Part shown: positions 18,001-26,238 of the stretch, one piece after another
How the letters are laid out: the number at the start of each line of letters is the position of its first letter
How positions within the stretch are numbered: the stretch's first letter is position 1
Origin: an uncultured Verrucomicrobiales bacterium
Lineage (GTDB): Bacteria; Verrucomicrobiota; Verrucomicrobiia; Verrucomicrobiales; Akkermansiaceae
Length of the DNA: 64,000 nucleotides
Direction: 5' to 3'
NCBI GenBank assembly: GCA_963925135.1
Contig: CAWUTG010000045.1
Span: 1,946 to 65,945 of the forward strand
Made by a program: the position numbers and the translations under genes
Notes under the pieces: generated by a model
Databases searched by the model: none
Seen by the model: only the letters and a program-made list of their open reading frames with translations
Told to the model about the DNA's origin: nothing

Positions 18001-19041
18001 TTAGCGGACTGAAGCCCTGATGCGAAGGAAGGCTTTATCTTGATCTGCGATAGGGTCGGGATAGCGATGGTTAAACCAAAGGTATCCGACGGGTGCCGGT
18101 GGTAAGCCGACAGGATTGACTGTTGGGACGGAAGGGGGCGCCCAATTTTGAGGGATGGAAGAGGCTTGTCCCGCAGAGTTGAGCCCGACGGCGAGATATT
18201 CACCGTTTGGCTGGGTGACGCCGCCGGAGCGTCGAAGATAGCTTTGTGTGAGCCATGTGCTGCCAGCGTTTGTGATCGTTCCGATTTTGCGGAATGGCAG
18301 GGAGTTTCCTTCAAGGTGATCACTTCCGAAGGCGAATTCTTCGCGAGCACTGGTCTCCATCGAGGTCATCTTCGGGAAGACTGTTCTGTCCGGTGAGGCC
18401 ATTTTCGGAGGCCCACAAGTCGTACGACGGCCAGTCTCTGAGATTGATCCAAGGGTTTGACTCGATAGAGAGTGTTGTCTTCATCGAGGAAGGTGAGAGT
18501 GAGTCTGAAGAATCCCTTTCCCCATTCCTGAAGATTCTGAGTTGAGATGACCGGGGTGGCGCCGGGAAGTTGGGTGCCATTGACTGACCAGTTGACCTCA
18601 TGAATGGGTCCAAAGTCGACGGGGAGGAAGGGGGTAAGATCCAAGGTGAGATTTCTGCTATTTGAGGCCACGATGGCATCGAATTCGAGAAGATACAGGT
18701 ATTGGGATCCATTGGGTCGCGGGTCTGAAGTCTGGAGCTAAATGGAGACGAGACTGTCTTCTAATTCTCCATCCGGAGGAGGATCATTTGGATCGACTGC
18801 CAGTGAGGAAAGCCATCGCCATCATTTCGATGAGCGTCCCAATATGGATCCTCGTGTCAATAAGGTGCCAGGGCCCCGCATCAGTGATCCGGGTTTTGTA
18901 GGTGGCCGGTGCTCCCGGAGTGCCTGCATTTGGAAGGTCTCCAAAGTCCGCTGGACCCGCCGGACTCTGGGCCGAGGCACGCAGTGAAAGAGCCGATATG
19001 CAGAGCAGGAGAACGAATTGATAAATGTGTCGTCGCGCTAT
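18001..19041 (-). pseudogene. Decayed exported-protein gene (start codon lost, at least 3 frameshifts, one in-frame TAG)
   Basis: On the minus strand, translating from 19041: (ATA)ARRHIYQFVLLLCISALSLRASAQSPAGPADFGDLPNAGTPGAPATYKTRITDAGPWHLIDTRIHIGT. This is a signal peptide plus a DFGD..P..Y.T...GP.H motif, with no ATG/GTG/TTG after the TAA at 19060-19062. Coherent protein sequence then continues in three frames: frame of ORF 18366-18671 (NLTLDLTPFLPVDFGPIHEVNWSVNGTQLPGATPV...), with a TAG at 18738-18740; frame of ORF 18320-18712 (NPWINLRDWPSYDLWASENGLTGQNSLPEDDLDGD); frame of ORF 18001-18402 (EEFAFGSDHLEGNSLPF...DKAFLRIRASVR*). Confidence 0.5.
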
Positions 19042-19111
19042 CGTTATAAAATAATGATATTAAAAATGCGGGGATTGTGATCAAGGATCGAGAGCTCTCG
19101 CAGGAAATTTG

Positions 19112-20023
19112 TTAGTGAAGTGAGAAGTGGAAGTCTTCCGGTTTTATCGCGAGAGCTGAGCAGGGGGTATTGTGAATGAGTCCCTCAGCGGTGGTGCCCA
19201 GCAGGAGTTTCTTGAATCCAGTGCGACCACGGGTTCCCAGAACGACGAGGTCTGCTTCCATTTCTTCGAGGCACTCGGTGATTCCGTGGTGGATGGTGAG
19301 GGCGCGTTTGACGACGGTGGAGAGATTTTGGAGATTAAACTGGGTTCCAATAGTGTATCCCAACTGGTCGAGGCGTCCTTCACAGCTCTCTTGAAGGTTG
19401 GGCTCTTCGATCATAGGGAAGGCGGGCCCCAGCCAGCCGATTTCTGAATCGGCGTAAATCGGTGGGCGATAGACGTATACGAGGCGGAGCTCAGCCCCGT
19501 CTTGCACGGCAATTTCGGCGGCGCGATGGACGGCGCGGATTGAAGTGTCGGAGAAATCAACGCAGGCGACGATGCTTTGGAAGGGGCGATCCTGATAGTT
19601 CCGGACAAGGAGTACTTCCACAGGGGCCTTGCGAATACAGCGGGATGCGAGCGCACCCACCTGATGGTGTTCAGTGGTGCTATAGCCCCGTGAACCAAGA
19701 ACCAGAGCTTCGGGGGTATGTTTTTCGATGAGCTTGAGCGTTTCCTCGAAAGGATGACCGATGGTCACGACCGCTTCAATGTCGTGGGCTGTTGCAATGA
19801 CCTCCCGAATGAAGGTGGCCATTTTTTCTTTTGCGAAGTTGAGGACTCCTTCTTCGGTGCAGGCTTCCATGTGCTTGATGTCTCCCATGATGTCTTGATC
19901 AAGGACGTGGAAGCAGACAAGCGAGAGGTCCCGGGTATTCGCCATTCGCGAGGCTTCCTTGAGGGCATTCTTACTGTGCGAGGAGTAGTCGACTCCGACG
20001 AGGATGGTTTTTTTTGAGCTCAT
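19112..20023 (-). CDS. Universal stress protein, tandem UspA domains
   Basis: Two Usp halves: ILVGVDYSSHSKNALKEA...LVLGSRGYS...APVEVLLV and VACVDFSDTSIRAVHRAAEIA...LVVLGTRGRTGFKKLLLGTTAEGLIHNTPCSALAIKP. Confidence 0.85.
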   Translation of the reverse strand: MSSKKTILVGVDYSSHSKNALKEASRMANTRDLSLVCFHVLDQDIMGDIKHMEACTEEGVLNFAKEKMATFIREVIATAHDIEAVVTIGHPFEETLKLIEKHTPEALVLGSRGYSTTEHHQVGALASRCIRKAPVEVLLVRNYQDRPFQSIVACVDFSDTSIRAVHRAAEIAVQDGAELRLVYVYRPPIYADSEIGWLGPAFPMIEEPNLQESCEGRLDQLGYTIGTQFNLQNLSTVVKRALTIHHGITECLEEMEADLVVLGTRGRTGFKKLLLGTTAEGLIHNTPCSALAIKPEDFHFSLH

Positions 20024-20047
20024 GAGTTTGATGGGTGGCTAGATTTT

Positions 20048-20941
20048 TCAGATGATGGGGACGACGAGGACGGGGCACTTGGTATGGCGAATAATGGTTT
20101 CGGCAGTTCCGCCCATCAGGTCTGTTAGAATGCCTTTGATTCCTCTTCCAGAACGCCCGATGACGACGAGGTCGCATTCAGAGGAGTCGAAGTGTTCAAG
20201 AAGAGCCGTCGAGGGGTCTTCGTGTTCCAGGCGAACGGTGCCGGCATTGCCTGAAAAGAGGGGGGCAGCGGTTTGTAATATTCCCGCGAGTTGGCCATCC
20301 ATGATCTCGCGGTATTGCTCCTTTTGTTCCCTATTATCGAAAACTTTAGTTTGATACCGGAGCCTTGCGGGACGCAGCCAGGGAGGGCGACAAGCGTGCA
20401 CGATTTCAACTTTACTCTGGTGGCCGCTGGAAATCCGCGCCGTGTTTTCAAGAACGGGGTTGGTCGATTTTGAGAAATCAACGCAGGCTAGGATCAGGCC
20501 AGTTGCCTTTTCATTGGGACGATTGACAAGGAGCACCGGCATGGTCGCAAAGCGGAGACACTTAATGGCGAATTGTCCGGATTTCCGGGAGTCGCTGGCG
20601 TAGTCGTCATCGCCGAGGACGAGGAGGTCGAAGCCTTCTTCATTGGCATGAGAAACGAGTTCGTGATGGGGGATGCCTTCGCCGACCTGGCAGGAGACGT
20701 GATTGTCGTTTCCAAGGACACCTTCGACGAAATCTTCCAGACTGGTCTTGGCCGCCCGCATCATCATTTCGTGTTCGATCATGTAGAATGAGACGAACTC
20801 ATTGAGCTCGGCAGGTGGCACGGCATGATAGGCGGTGATCTTGGCCCCTGATTGTAACGCGATCCGATTAGCCTTCCAAAGGGCATGTCTGGAAGAGTCC
20901 GTGTAGTTGATTCCGACGAGGATATTCTGGTAGGGTTTCAT
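20048..20941 (-). CDS. Universal stress protein, tandem UspA domains (paralog)
   Basis: ORF 20048-21034. Start set to ATG 20941 (MKPYQNILVGINYTDSSRHALWKA...). Second half: LACVDFSKSTNPVLE...LVVIGRSGRGIKGILTDLMGGTAETIIRHTKCPVLVVP. Confidence 0.85.
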   Translation of the reverse strand: MKPYQNILVGINYTDSSRHALWKANRIALQSGAKITAYHAVPPAELNEFVSFYMIEHEMMMRAAKTSLEDFVEGVLGNDNHVSCQVGEGIPHHELVSHANEEGFDLLVLGDDDYASDSRKSGQFAIKCLRFATMPVLLVNRPNEKATGLILACVDFSKSTNPVLENTARISSGHQSKVEIVHACRPPWLRPARLRYQTKVFDNREQKEQYREIMDGQLAGILQTAAPLFSGNAGTVRLEHEDPSTALLEHFDSSECDLVVIGRSGRGIKGILTDLMGGTAETIIRHTKCPVLVVPII

Positions 20942-21362
20942 GGCGCTTTGTTCGGGGGGGGCTAGGGAGGAGCGATCAAATTCCCTCCTCTCTACTGTGA
21001 AAGATAGCATAAAGATGGGGACGATGCTCCGCATTCCTTGTCAGAGTTCACCCGCAGGTTGAGAGGAGAATGGTCGATTTCCGGTCGTCTTTGAGGTGTC
21101 AGGAAGGATCGTGAATTCGATTTTTGTCATTACCGATTTAAAATTAGGGATTTGAATGACAAAGTCCCAAAGGGCGTTCTCTTTTATGGGGCCGATGAAA
21201 TCTTTGATTGACCCAACGGGAGGTCGCTTTGAGATGTTCCGAAATGCTTTAGAAATTGCCAAGAGAACGATCTCATCAGAGAGTGCGGATGGCCCAAGGG
21301 GTTCAAAATGGTTTTTTTTGATCTTTTTGCCTGTTGTCGACCGTTTCCAAATTTTTGTTCCT

Positions 21363-24300
21363 ATGAAGTCACTTAATTCCAAATCCCTGTTTATTGCGGC
21401 GGCATGTCTTGGTTCTCAAGTCTGCCTCGCGCAAACAAAGCTATCGGAAGGAGTATTGCCTCCGATGAATCCCGAGTCGGTTGCCTTCGAAGCGAAGCCT
21501 GCTCCTTCCAAGTTGGCCATCAAGAAGGGCGATACTCTGGTCCTGATTGGATCGGGCATGGCCTCGCGGATGAACCACTTCGGACACTTTGAAACAGAAG
21601 TGCAGCTCAACTTCCCCGACAAGGAGTTGACGATCCGCAATATGGGTGACGAGGGGAATACTCCCGGATTTCGTCCCCATCCCGGTCGAAATCAGGATCA
21701 ACAATATGCCTTCCCCGGCGCCAAAGAGTTGTTGCCTCCCGAACTCCAGGTCAATACCAGCCCTCAAGGCCACTTTGAAACTCCCGATCAATGGCTGACC
21801 CGTCTGGGCGCTGATACCATTGTGGCCTTCTTTGGATACAATTCTTCCTTCGGGGGACCCAAAGATCTCGGTCGCTTTAAGAAAGAGTTGGAGGCCTTTG
21901 TGAAGCACACCTTGTCTCAAAAATACAACGGTGAATCTGTTCCCCAGCTTGCGTTGGTGTCGCCAACCGCAGTGCAAGATCTGTCAGCCAAGTTCAGCGT
22001 TCCGAACGGTAAGAAGGAGAACGATAATCTGATGCTTTACAGCGGCGTGATGAAGGAAGTTGCGGCTGCGAATGGCGCACTCTTTGTCGATACCTTCTCG
22101 CCAAGCAAGAAATGGTTTTCATCTTCGGATGAGCAGCTCACGACTGATGGAGCCCTCCTCAATGAGGCTGGTTACAAGAAGCTTGCTCCGGTTCTTGCCG
22201 AGGGACTCTTTGGCAAGACGGCCTCTGACCAGTCGCTCCGGTCCGGAATTCATGCCGCCGTGATGGAGAAGAACTTCATGTGGTTAAATGACTTCAAGGT
22301 TCCCAACGGAGTTCACGTTTACGGACGTCGGTATAATCCTTATGGACCTGAGAATTATCCTTTCGAATTGAAGAAGACCCGTGAGATGACGGTTAACCGC
22401 GACCGTGCGATTTGGGCAGCCTTCTCTGGAGCCAAATTCGATCTCGCAGCCGAGGATGCCAAGACATCGAAGCTTCCTCCGGTGAAGACGAACTACAAGC
22501 CAAGTGCCGAAAAGGGCCTACCGGAATACACTCCGGGCAAGGTTGCCAAGACCGAGATCGACGTTGCCGACGGTTACAAAATCGAGCTGTTTGCTTCCGA
22601 GGAGACGTTCCCTGATTTGAAGAATCCCGTGCAAATCGCCTTCGACAACAAAGGCCGGCTCTGGGTCGCGACCATGGAAAGCTATCCTCATTATAAGGTT
22701 GGTGATGCACGTCCCAAGGACAAGCTCCTCATTTTCGAGGACACCAACAATGACGGAGTCGCTGACAAGCAGATTGTGTTTGCCGATGACCTTCACATTC
22801 CCATTGGTTTTGAAATTTCCCACGATGGTGTTTACGTTTCACAGAGTGGAAGCCTGATCCTGCTCAAGGACACCGATGGTGACGACAGCTATGACACCAA
22901 GGAAGTTCTCCTGAGTGGATTTGATGATCACGACACCCACCACGCGATTTCAGCCTTCTGTGCTGACCCCAGTGGTGCCTTCATTATGTGTGAGGGCGTC
23001 TTCCTTCACTCCAACACCGAGAGCATTTATGGTCCCGCACGGGGAAGTAATGGCGGATTCTTCCGCTATAGCCCGCAGCGGAAGCATATTGCCCGTTATG
23101 GTCAATTTAGCATTCCGAATCCCTGGGGCGTTGCTTTCGATAGTTACGGTCAGGACTTCTTCCTCCACACTTCCGGCACCAGCATGTCATGGATGTTGCC
23201 TGGCACCGTAAAGGCCCGCTATGGCGCTAACTTCAGCGCCCCCGACCTCATCACGAGCAATAAGGTGCGTCCGACTTCCGGAATCGAATTTGTTTCCAGT
23301 CGTCATTTCCCTGATGACGTTCAGGGTGATTTGTTGATCAACAATAATATCGGCTTCCTGGGTGCCAAGCAGCACCGGTTGAAGGAAGACGGAACTGGCT
23401 TCACAACCGAGTTCGTTCAAGACCTGTTCGTTTCGAAGGATTTGAATTTCCGCCCGGTTGATCTGGAGTTTGCTCCCGACGGTTCCCTGTATGTTGCCGA
23501 TTGGCAAAACGCCCTCATCGGTCACATGCAACACAATGCCCGTGATCCACTCCGCGATCATGTCCACGGTCGTATCTACCGGGTGACCTATCCAAGCCGC
23601 CCGTTGGTGACTCCTGCTAAAGTCGACGGAGCGAGTATCGCCGAGTTGTTAGAGAACTTGAAACTGCCTGAATACCGCACCCGCTACCGCACCCGTCGTG
23701 AGCTTCGCGAGCGTGACGGTGTTGAGGTCGCCAAAGAAGCCGCTGCCTGGGCCGCAAAGCAGAGTGATGACCACGACAAGCTGGAAGCACTTTGGGTGAC
23801 CTGGGGTGCTGACCATGTTGATGCTGCGTTGCTCTCCCAATTGCTGAAATCCGCAGATCATAAAGTCCGGGCCGCCGCAGTGCGTGTCGCACGATCCAAC
23901 GAGCACAAGCTCAGCAATCTTCCTGAGATCCTGTCTGCCGCTGCGCAAGATGAGCACGGCCGGGTTCGTCTCGAAGCACTTGTTGGAGCTTCCTTCCTGC
24001 CACCAGCGCAGGGCCTCGGAATTCTTGCCAAGGTCAAGGCAGCGGGGGTTGATGACTTCATGAAGGAAAGTGTTAAATTCGCCGAAGGAGTCTTCTCCGG
24101 TCATGCGGCGGAAGAAGAGAAAGCGAAGCGTGTCCGCCCGCCGAAGGATCTCGCGAAGGCTGATGGCCGTCGCTTTGTCAAAGGTGCCGAGATCTACGCT
24201 CGCGAAGGCTATTGTTCCACTTGCCACCAGGCAAATGGAGAAGGACTTCCCGATGCTGGCTTCCCGCCGCTTGCAGGGACCAAGTGGGTCCTGGAAGATC

Positions 24301-24575
24301 CGGAGCGCCTGATCAAGCTGTCCTTGAAAGGGCTCATGGGGCCGATCGAGGTGAAGGGGAAGACCTACCCGGGACACGTTCCAATGACTGCGTTCGAAGG
24401 TCTCCTGAACGATGAGGAATTGGCTTCGGTTCTCACCTATATCCGCAATTCCTTTGGCAACAAAGCCCCGGCGATTCAGCCAGGTGACGTCAAAAAAGTG
24501 CGTGCCGAACTGAAGGGCAAGGTTGATCTGTTCAATCCTGAGGAGTTGCTCAAGCTCCACCCGCACGCGAAGTAG
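21363..24575 (+). CDS. PVC-type heme-binding CxxCH protein (SGNH-like N-domain, membrane-bound-dehydrogenase-like beta-propeller, HEAT repeats, C-terminal cytochrome c)
   Basis: ORF 21156-24575. Start set to ATG 21363 (MKSLNSKSLFIAAACLGSQVCLAQ, a signal peptide). GDTLVLIGSGMASR is GDSL/SGNH-like. YKIELFASEETFPDLKNPVQIAFDNKGRLWVATMESYPH is TIGR02604-like. HEAT-like region follows. CSTCH at 24213-24227 plus LTYIRNSFGN is TIGR02603-like. Confidence 0.8.
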   Translation: MKSLNSKSLFIAAACLGSQVCLAQTKLSEGVLPPMNPESVAFEAKPAPSKLAIKKGDTLVLIGSGMASRMNHFGHFETEVQLNFPDKELTIRNMGDEGNTPGFRPHPGRNQDQQYAFPGAKELLPPELQVNTSPQGHFETPDQWLTRLGADTIVAFFGYNSSFGGPKDLGRFKKELEAFVKHTLSQKYNGESVPQLALVSPTAVQDLSAKFSVPNGKKENDNLMLYSGVMKEVAAANGALFVDTFSPSKKWFSSSDEQLTTDGALLNEAGYKKLAPVLAEGLFGKTASDQSLRSGIHAAVMEKNFMWLNDFKVPNGVHVYGRRYNPYGPENYPFELKKTREMTVNRDRAIWAAFSGAKFDLAAEDAKTSKLPPVKTNYKPSAEKGLPEYTPGKVAKTEIDVADGYKIELFASEETFPDLKNPVQIAFDNKGRLWVATMESYPHYKVGDARPKDKLLIFEDTNNDGVADKQIVFADDLHIPIGFEISHDGVYVSQSGSLILLKDTDGDDSYDTKEVLLSGFDDHDTHHAISAFCADPSGAFIMCEGVFLHSNTESIYGPARGSNGGFFRYSPQRKHIARYGQFSIPNPWGVAFDSYGQDFFLHTSGTSMSWMLPGTVKARYGANFSAPDLITSNKVRPTSGIEFVSSRHFPDDVQGDLLINNNIGFLGAKQHRLKEDGTGFTTEFVQDLFVSKDLNFRPVDLEFAPDGSLYVADWQNALIGHMQHNARDPLRDHVHGRIYRVTYPSRPLVTPAKVDGASIAELLENLKLPEYRTRYRTRRELRERDGVEVAKEAAAWAAKQSDDHDKLEALWVTWGADHVDAALLSQLLKSADHKVRAAAVRVARSNEHKLSNLPEILSAAAQDEHGRVRLEALVGASFLPPAQGLGILAKVKAAGVDDFMKESVKFAEGVFSGHAAEEEKAKRVRPPKDLAKADGRRFVKGAEIYAREGYCSTCHQANGEGLPDAGFPPLAGTKWVLEDPERLIKLSLKGLMGPIEVKGKTYPGHVPMTAFEGLLNDEELASVLTYIRNSFGNKAPAIQPGDVKKVRAELKGKVDLFNPEELLKLHPHAK

Positions 24576-24594
24576 TCATCGCTTCTAAGATTTC

Positions 24595-24634
24595 AAACAG
24601 GAAGGCTTCCGTGTGCGGAACCTTCCTGTTTTTG
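24595..24634. terminator. Intrinsic terminator hairpin between convergent genes
   Basis: aaacaggaagg-c-ttccg / tgtg / cggaa-ccttcctgttt (24595-24631), followed by a T-run to 24633. It lies 20 nt after the + gene stop and 15 nt after the - gene stop. Confidence 0.65.
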
Positions 24635-24648
24635 TGGTTCCCGTGGCC

Positions 24649-26055
24649 TTATTGCGGCGACAGTTTTGTGTTCCAGCCATCAACGGTGAGTTCGCCATTC
24701 CTCCCGCATTTGAACTTGAGAGGCTCTTCAAGCCCTGACTTGTGAGAGGTCGCCGGGTTCTTGTAGCGGTGGGTGTCACTGATGTTGGTCAGTTCGTTAT
24801 TCGAGAGCTTGCTCTGGCCGCTCTCGTCGTTTCGGAAGAGGGGGCGGGGGAGTCCGATGCACTCGATGATGTTGTCGGTGAAGGTGAAGGTTTTAAAATG
24901 ACACTCAGGGTGGAATCCGAAGAGGCCTTCCTTGCGTGGCGTGGGAGTGGGACGGGCGATAATGTGGTTGTTACGGAAGGTGAGACCGGCGTAGGGGGCA
25001 TTCATCCAGATGACACCGCGTCCGGGATTGTTGATGAGGTTGTTGTGAAAGTCGGTAGGACCTTTGGCCGGGGTCTTGCCGAATTCGGAGATGAGATTGC
25101 TACCGTCTTTTTGTGAGTCGAAGTCGAAGAGATTGTGGTGAATCTCCGCGCCGTTGCGCATGTATTCGATGGAGTAGCCATTCTTAAAATAGTTGTGGTG
25201 GATGTGAAAGGTGGAACCACTTTCAGGGACCGGTCCACCACCGTGTTTTGGGATGGAGATCGTGCCATGGCAAATGTTGTGATCGATCTCGACGTCTTCA
25301 TCATTCTCGAAGGCGAACTCGATGGAGAAGTTGGTCTCGATGGTATTGTGATGAATGTGAACGCGCTTCGCCTGGCGTCCTTTGATACCGTAGTAGTGGA
25401 AGTTGGGCTCGGGCTTGGTATCGAGAAAGCGGTTGTTGAAGATCTCGCTGTCCTTGAGCCAAAAGGTGAAAATGCCGCCGCCGGTGATGCCGCCTTTGAG
25501 TCCGGGTTGCCCCTTCTCCCAGCGTTGTCCGGCGTCAATGAAGAGGCAGTCGTGGAGCTTGAGTTCACGGGTGTCGTAGGAGCGGAAGCCACTATACATG
25601 AAGTTTTCGATTTTCAGGTGGTGGAGATGAAGCTTTTGATTTCCCCACCCAAAGATGGCCCCATGAAGATTGGGGCCGGTGAGGGTGAGATCAGAGATCG
25701 TGATGTCGCTCGTTTTTTCTTCGAGTTGGATGAGGTAGCCGGAGCGGTCGAACTTTTTGTAGTTTTGCTCGGGGTCGGGCAGAGTCGCGGGATTTCCTTT
25801 GAAGGTTGGTGCGTTGGTGAGGATGGTTTCCTCCATTCCGGCACCTTTCAGGGTTGTCCCAGCCTTGATTATCAATTGGCCCGGTAGTTGAAATGTTCCG
25901 GCCGCTATCTCGATGATGGTGTCTCCGGAAGCTTCCGAGACGGCTTTGATGAGGGCTTCACTGGTCGTGACGGGAGCAGCGAGTGCCAGGGAGGTCGGAA
26001 GGAGAAAGGTGGGAAGCAATAGGCCCGAAAGGGCGAGGGCAATGAAAGACTTCAC
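24649..26055 (-). CDS. Secreted right-handed parallel beta-helix (PbH1) repeat protein, polysaccharide-lyase/hydrolase-like
   Basis: Signal peptide MKSFIALALSGLLLPTFLLPTSLALA (GTG start). Periodic motifs NNRFLD, HHNTIET, DHNICHG, HHNYFKNG, HHNLFD, HNNLINN, RNNHII, TDNIIE are typical of beta-helix turns. Confidence 0.75.
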   Translation of the reverse strand: MKSFIALALSGLLLPTFLLPTSLALAAPVTTSEALIKAVSEASGDTIIEIAAGTFQLPGQLIIKAGTTLKGAGMEETILTNAPTFKGNPATLPDPEQNYKKFDRSGYLIQLEEKTSDITISDLTLTGPNLHGAIFGWGNQKLHLHHLKIENFMYSGFRSYDTRELKLHDCLFIDAGQRWEKGQPGLKGGITGGGIFTFWLKDSEIFNNRFLDTKPEPNFHYYGIKGRQAKRVHIHHNTIETNFSIEFAFENDEDVEIDHNICHGTISIPKHGGGPVPESGSTFHIHHNYFKNGYSIEYMRNGAEIHHNLFDFDSQKDGSNLISEFGKTPAKGPTDFHNNLINNPGRGVIWMNAPYAGLTFRNNHIIARPTPTPRKEGLFGFHPECHFKTFTFTDNIIECIGLPRPLFRNDESGQSKLSNNELTNISDTHRYKNPATSHKSGLEEPLKFKCGRNGELTVDGWNTKLSPQ

Positions 26056-26238
26056 AAGGTTAAGAAGACGGGACTGAGCGCTCCGTCTTTCACGAGAACG
26101 GGTGTTTATTGACGGGATGGCCGAAAGTATTAGAACTTCTGAATCTGAGGGAGATCGTCAATTTAGCGAAGATTAACAAACGATTTTGAGGTGCATTGTG
26201 GGGTTCAGTTCCCAATGAGCGGAACTGAGGTCGATTGC

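Noticed and set aside
17856-18350. 164-codon ORF on the minus strand spanning the end of the pseudogene and the start region of the repeat-protein gene.
   Set aside because: It is out of frame with the coherent pseudogene translation, is Ser/Pro/Lys-rich and has no motifs. It is most likely a chance ORF in a decaying region.
26056-26238. Intergenic hairpins (agacgg…ccgtct near 26070-26093; cagttcc…ggaactg near 26206-26230), considered as a terminator for the giant gene or as an ncRNA/tRNA.
   Set aside because: The stems are short (6-7 bp) and are not followed by a U-run on the relevant strand. No cloverleaf-compatible arrangement is present, so there is not enough support.
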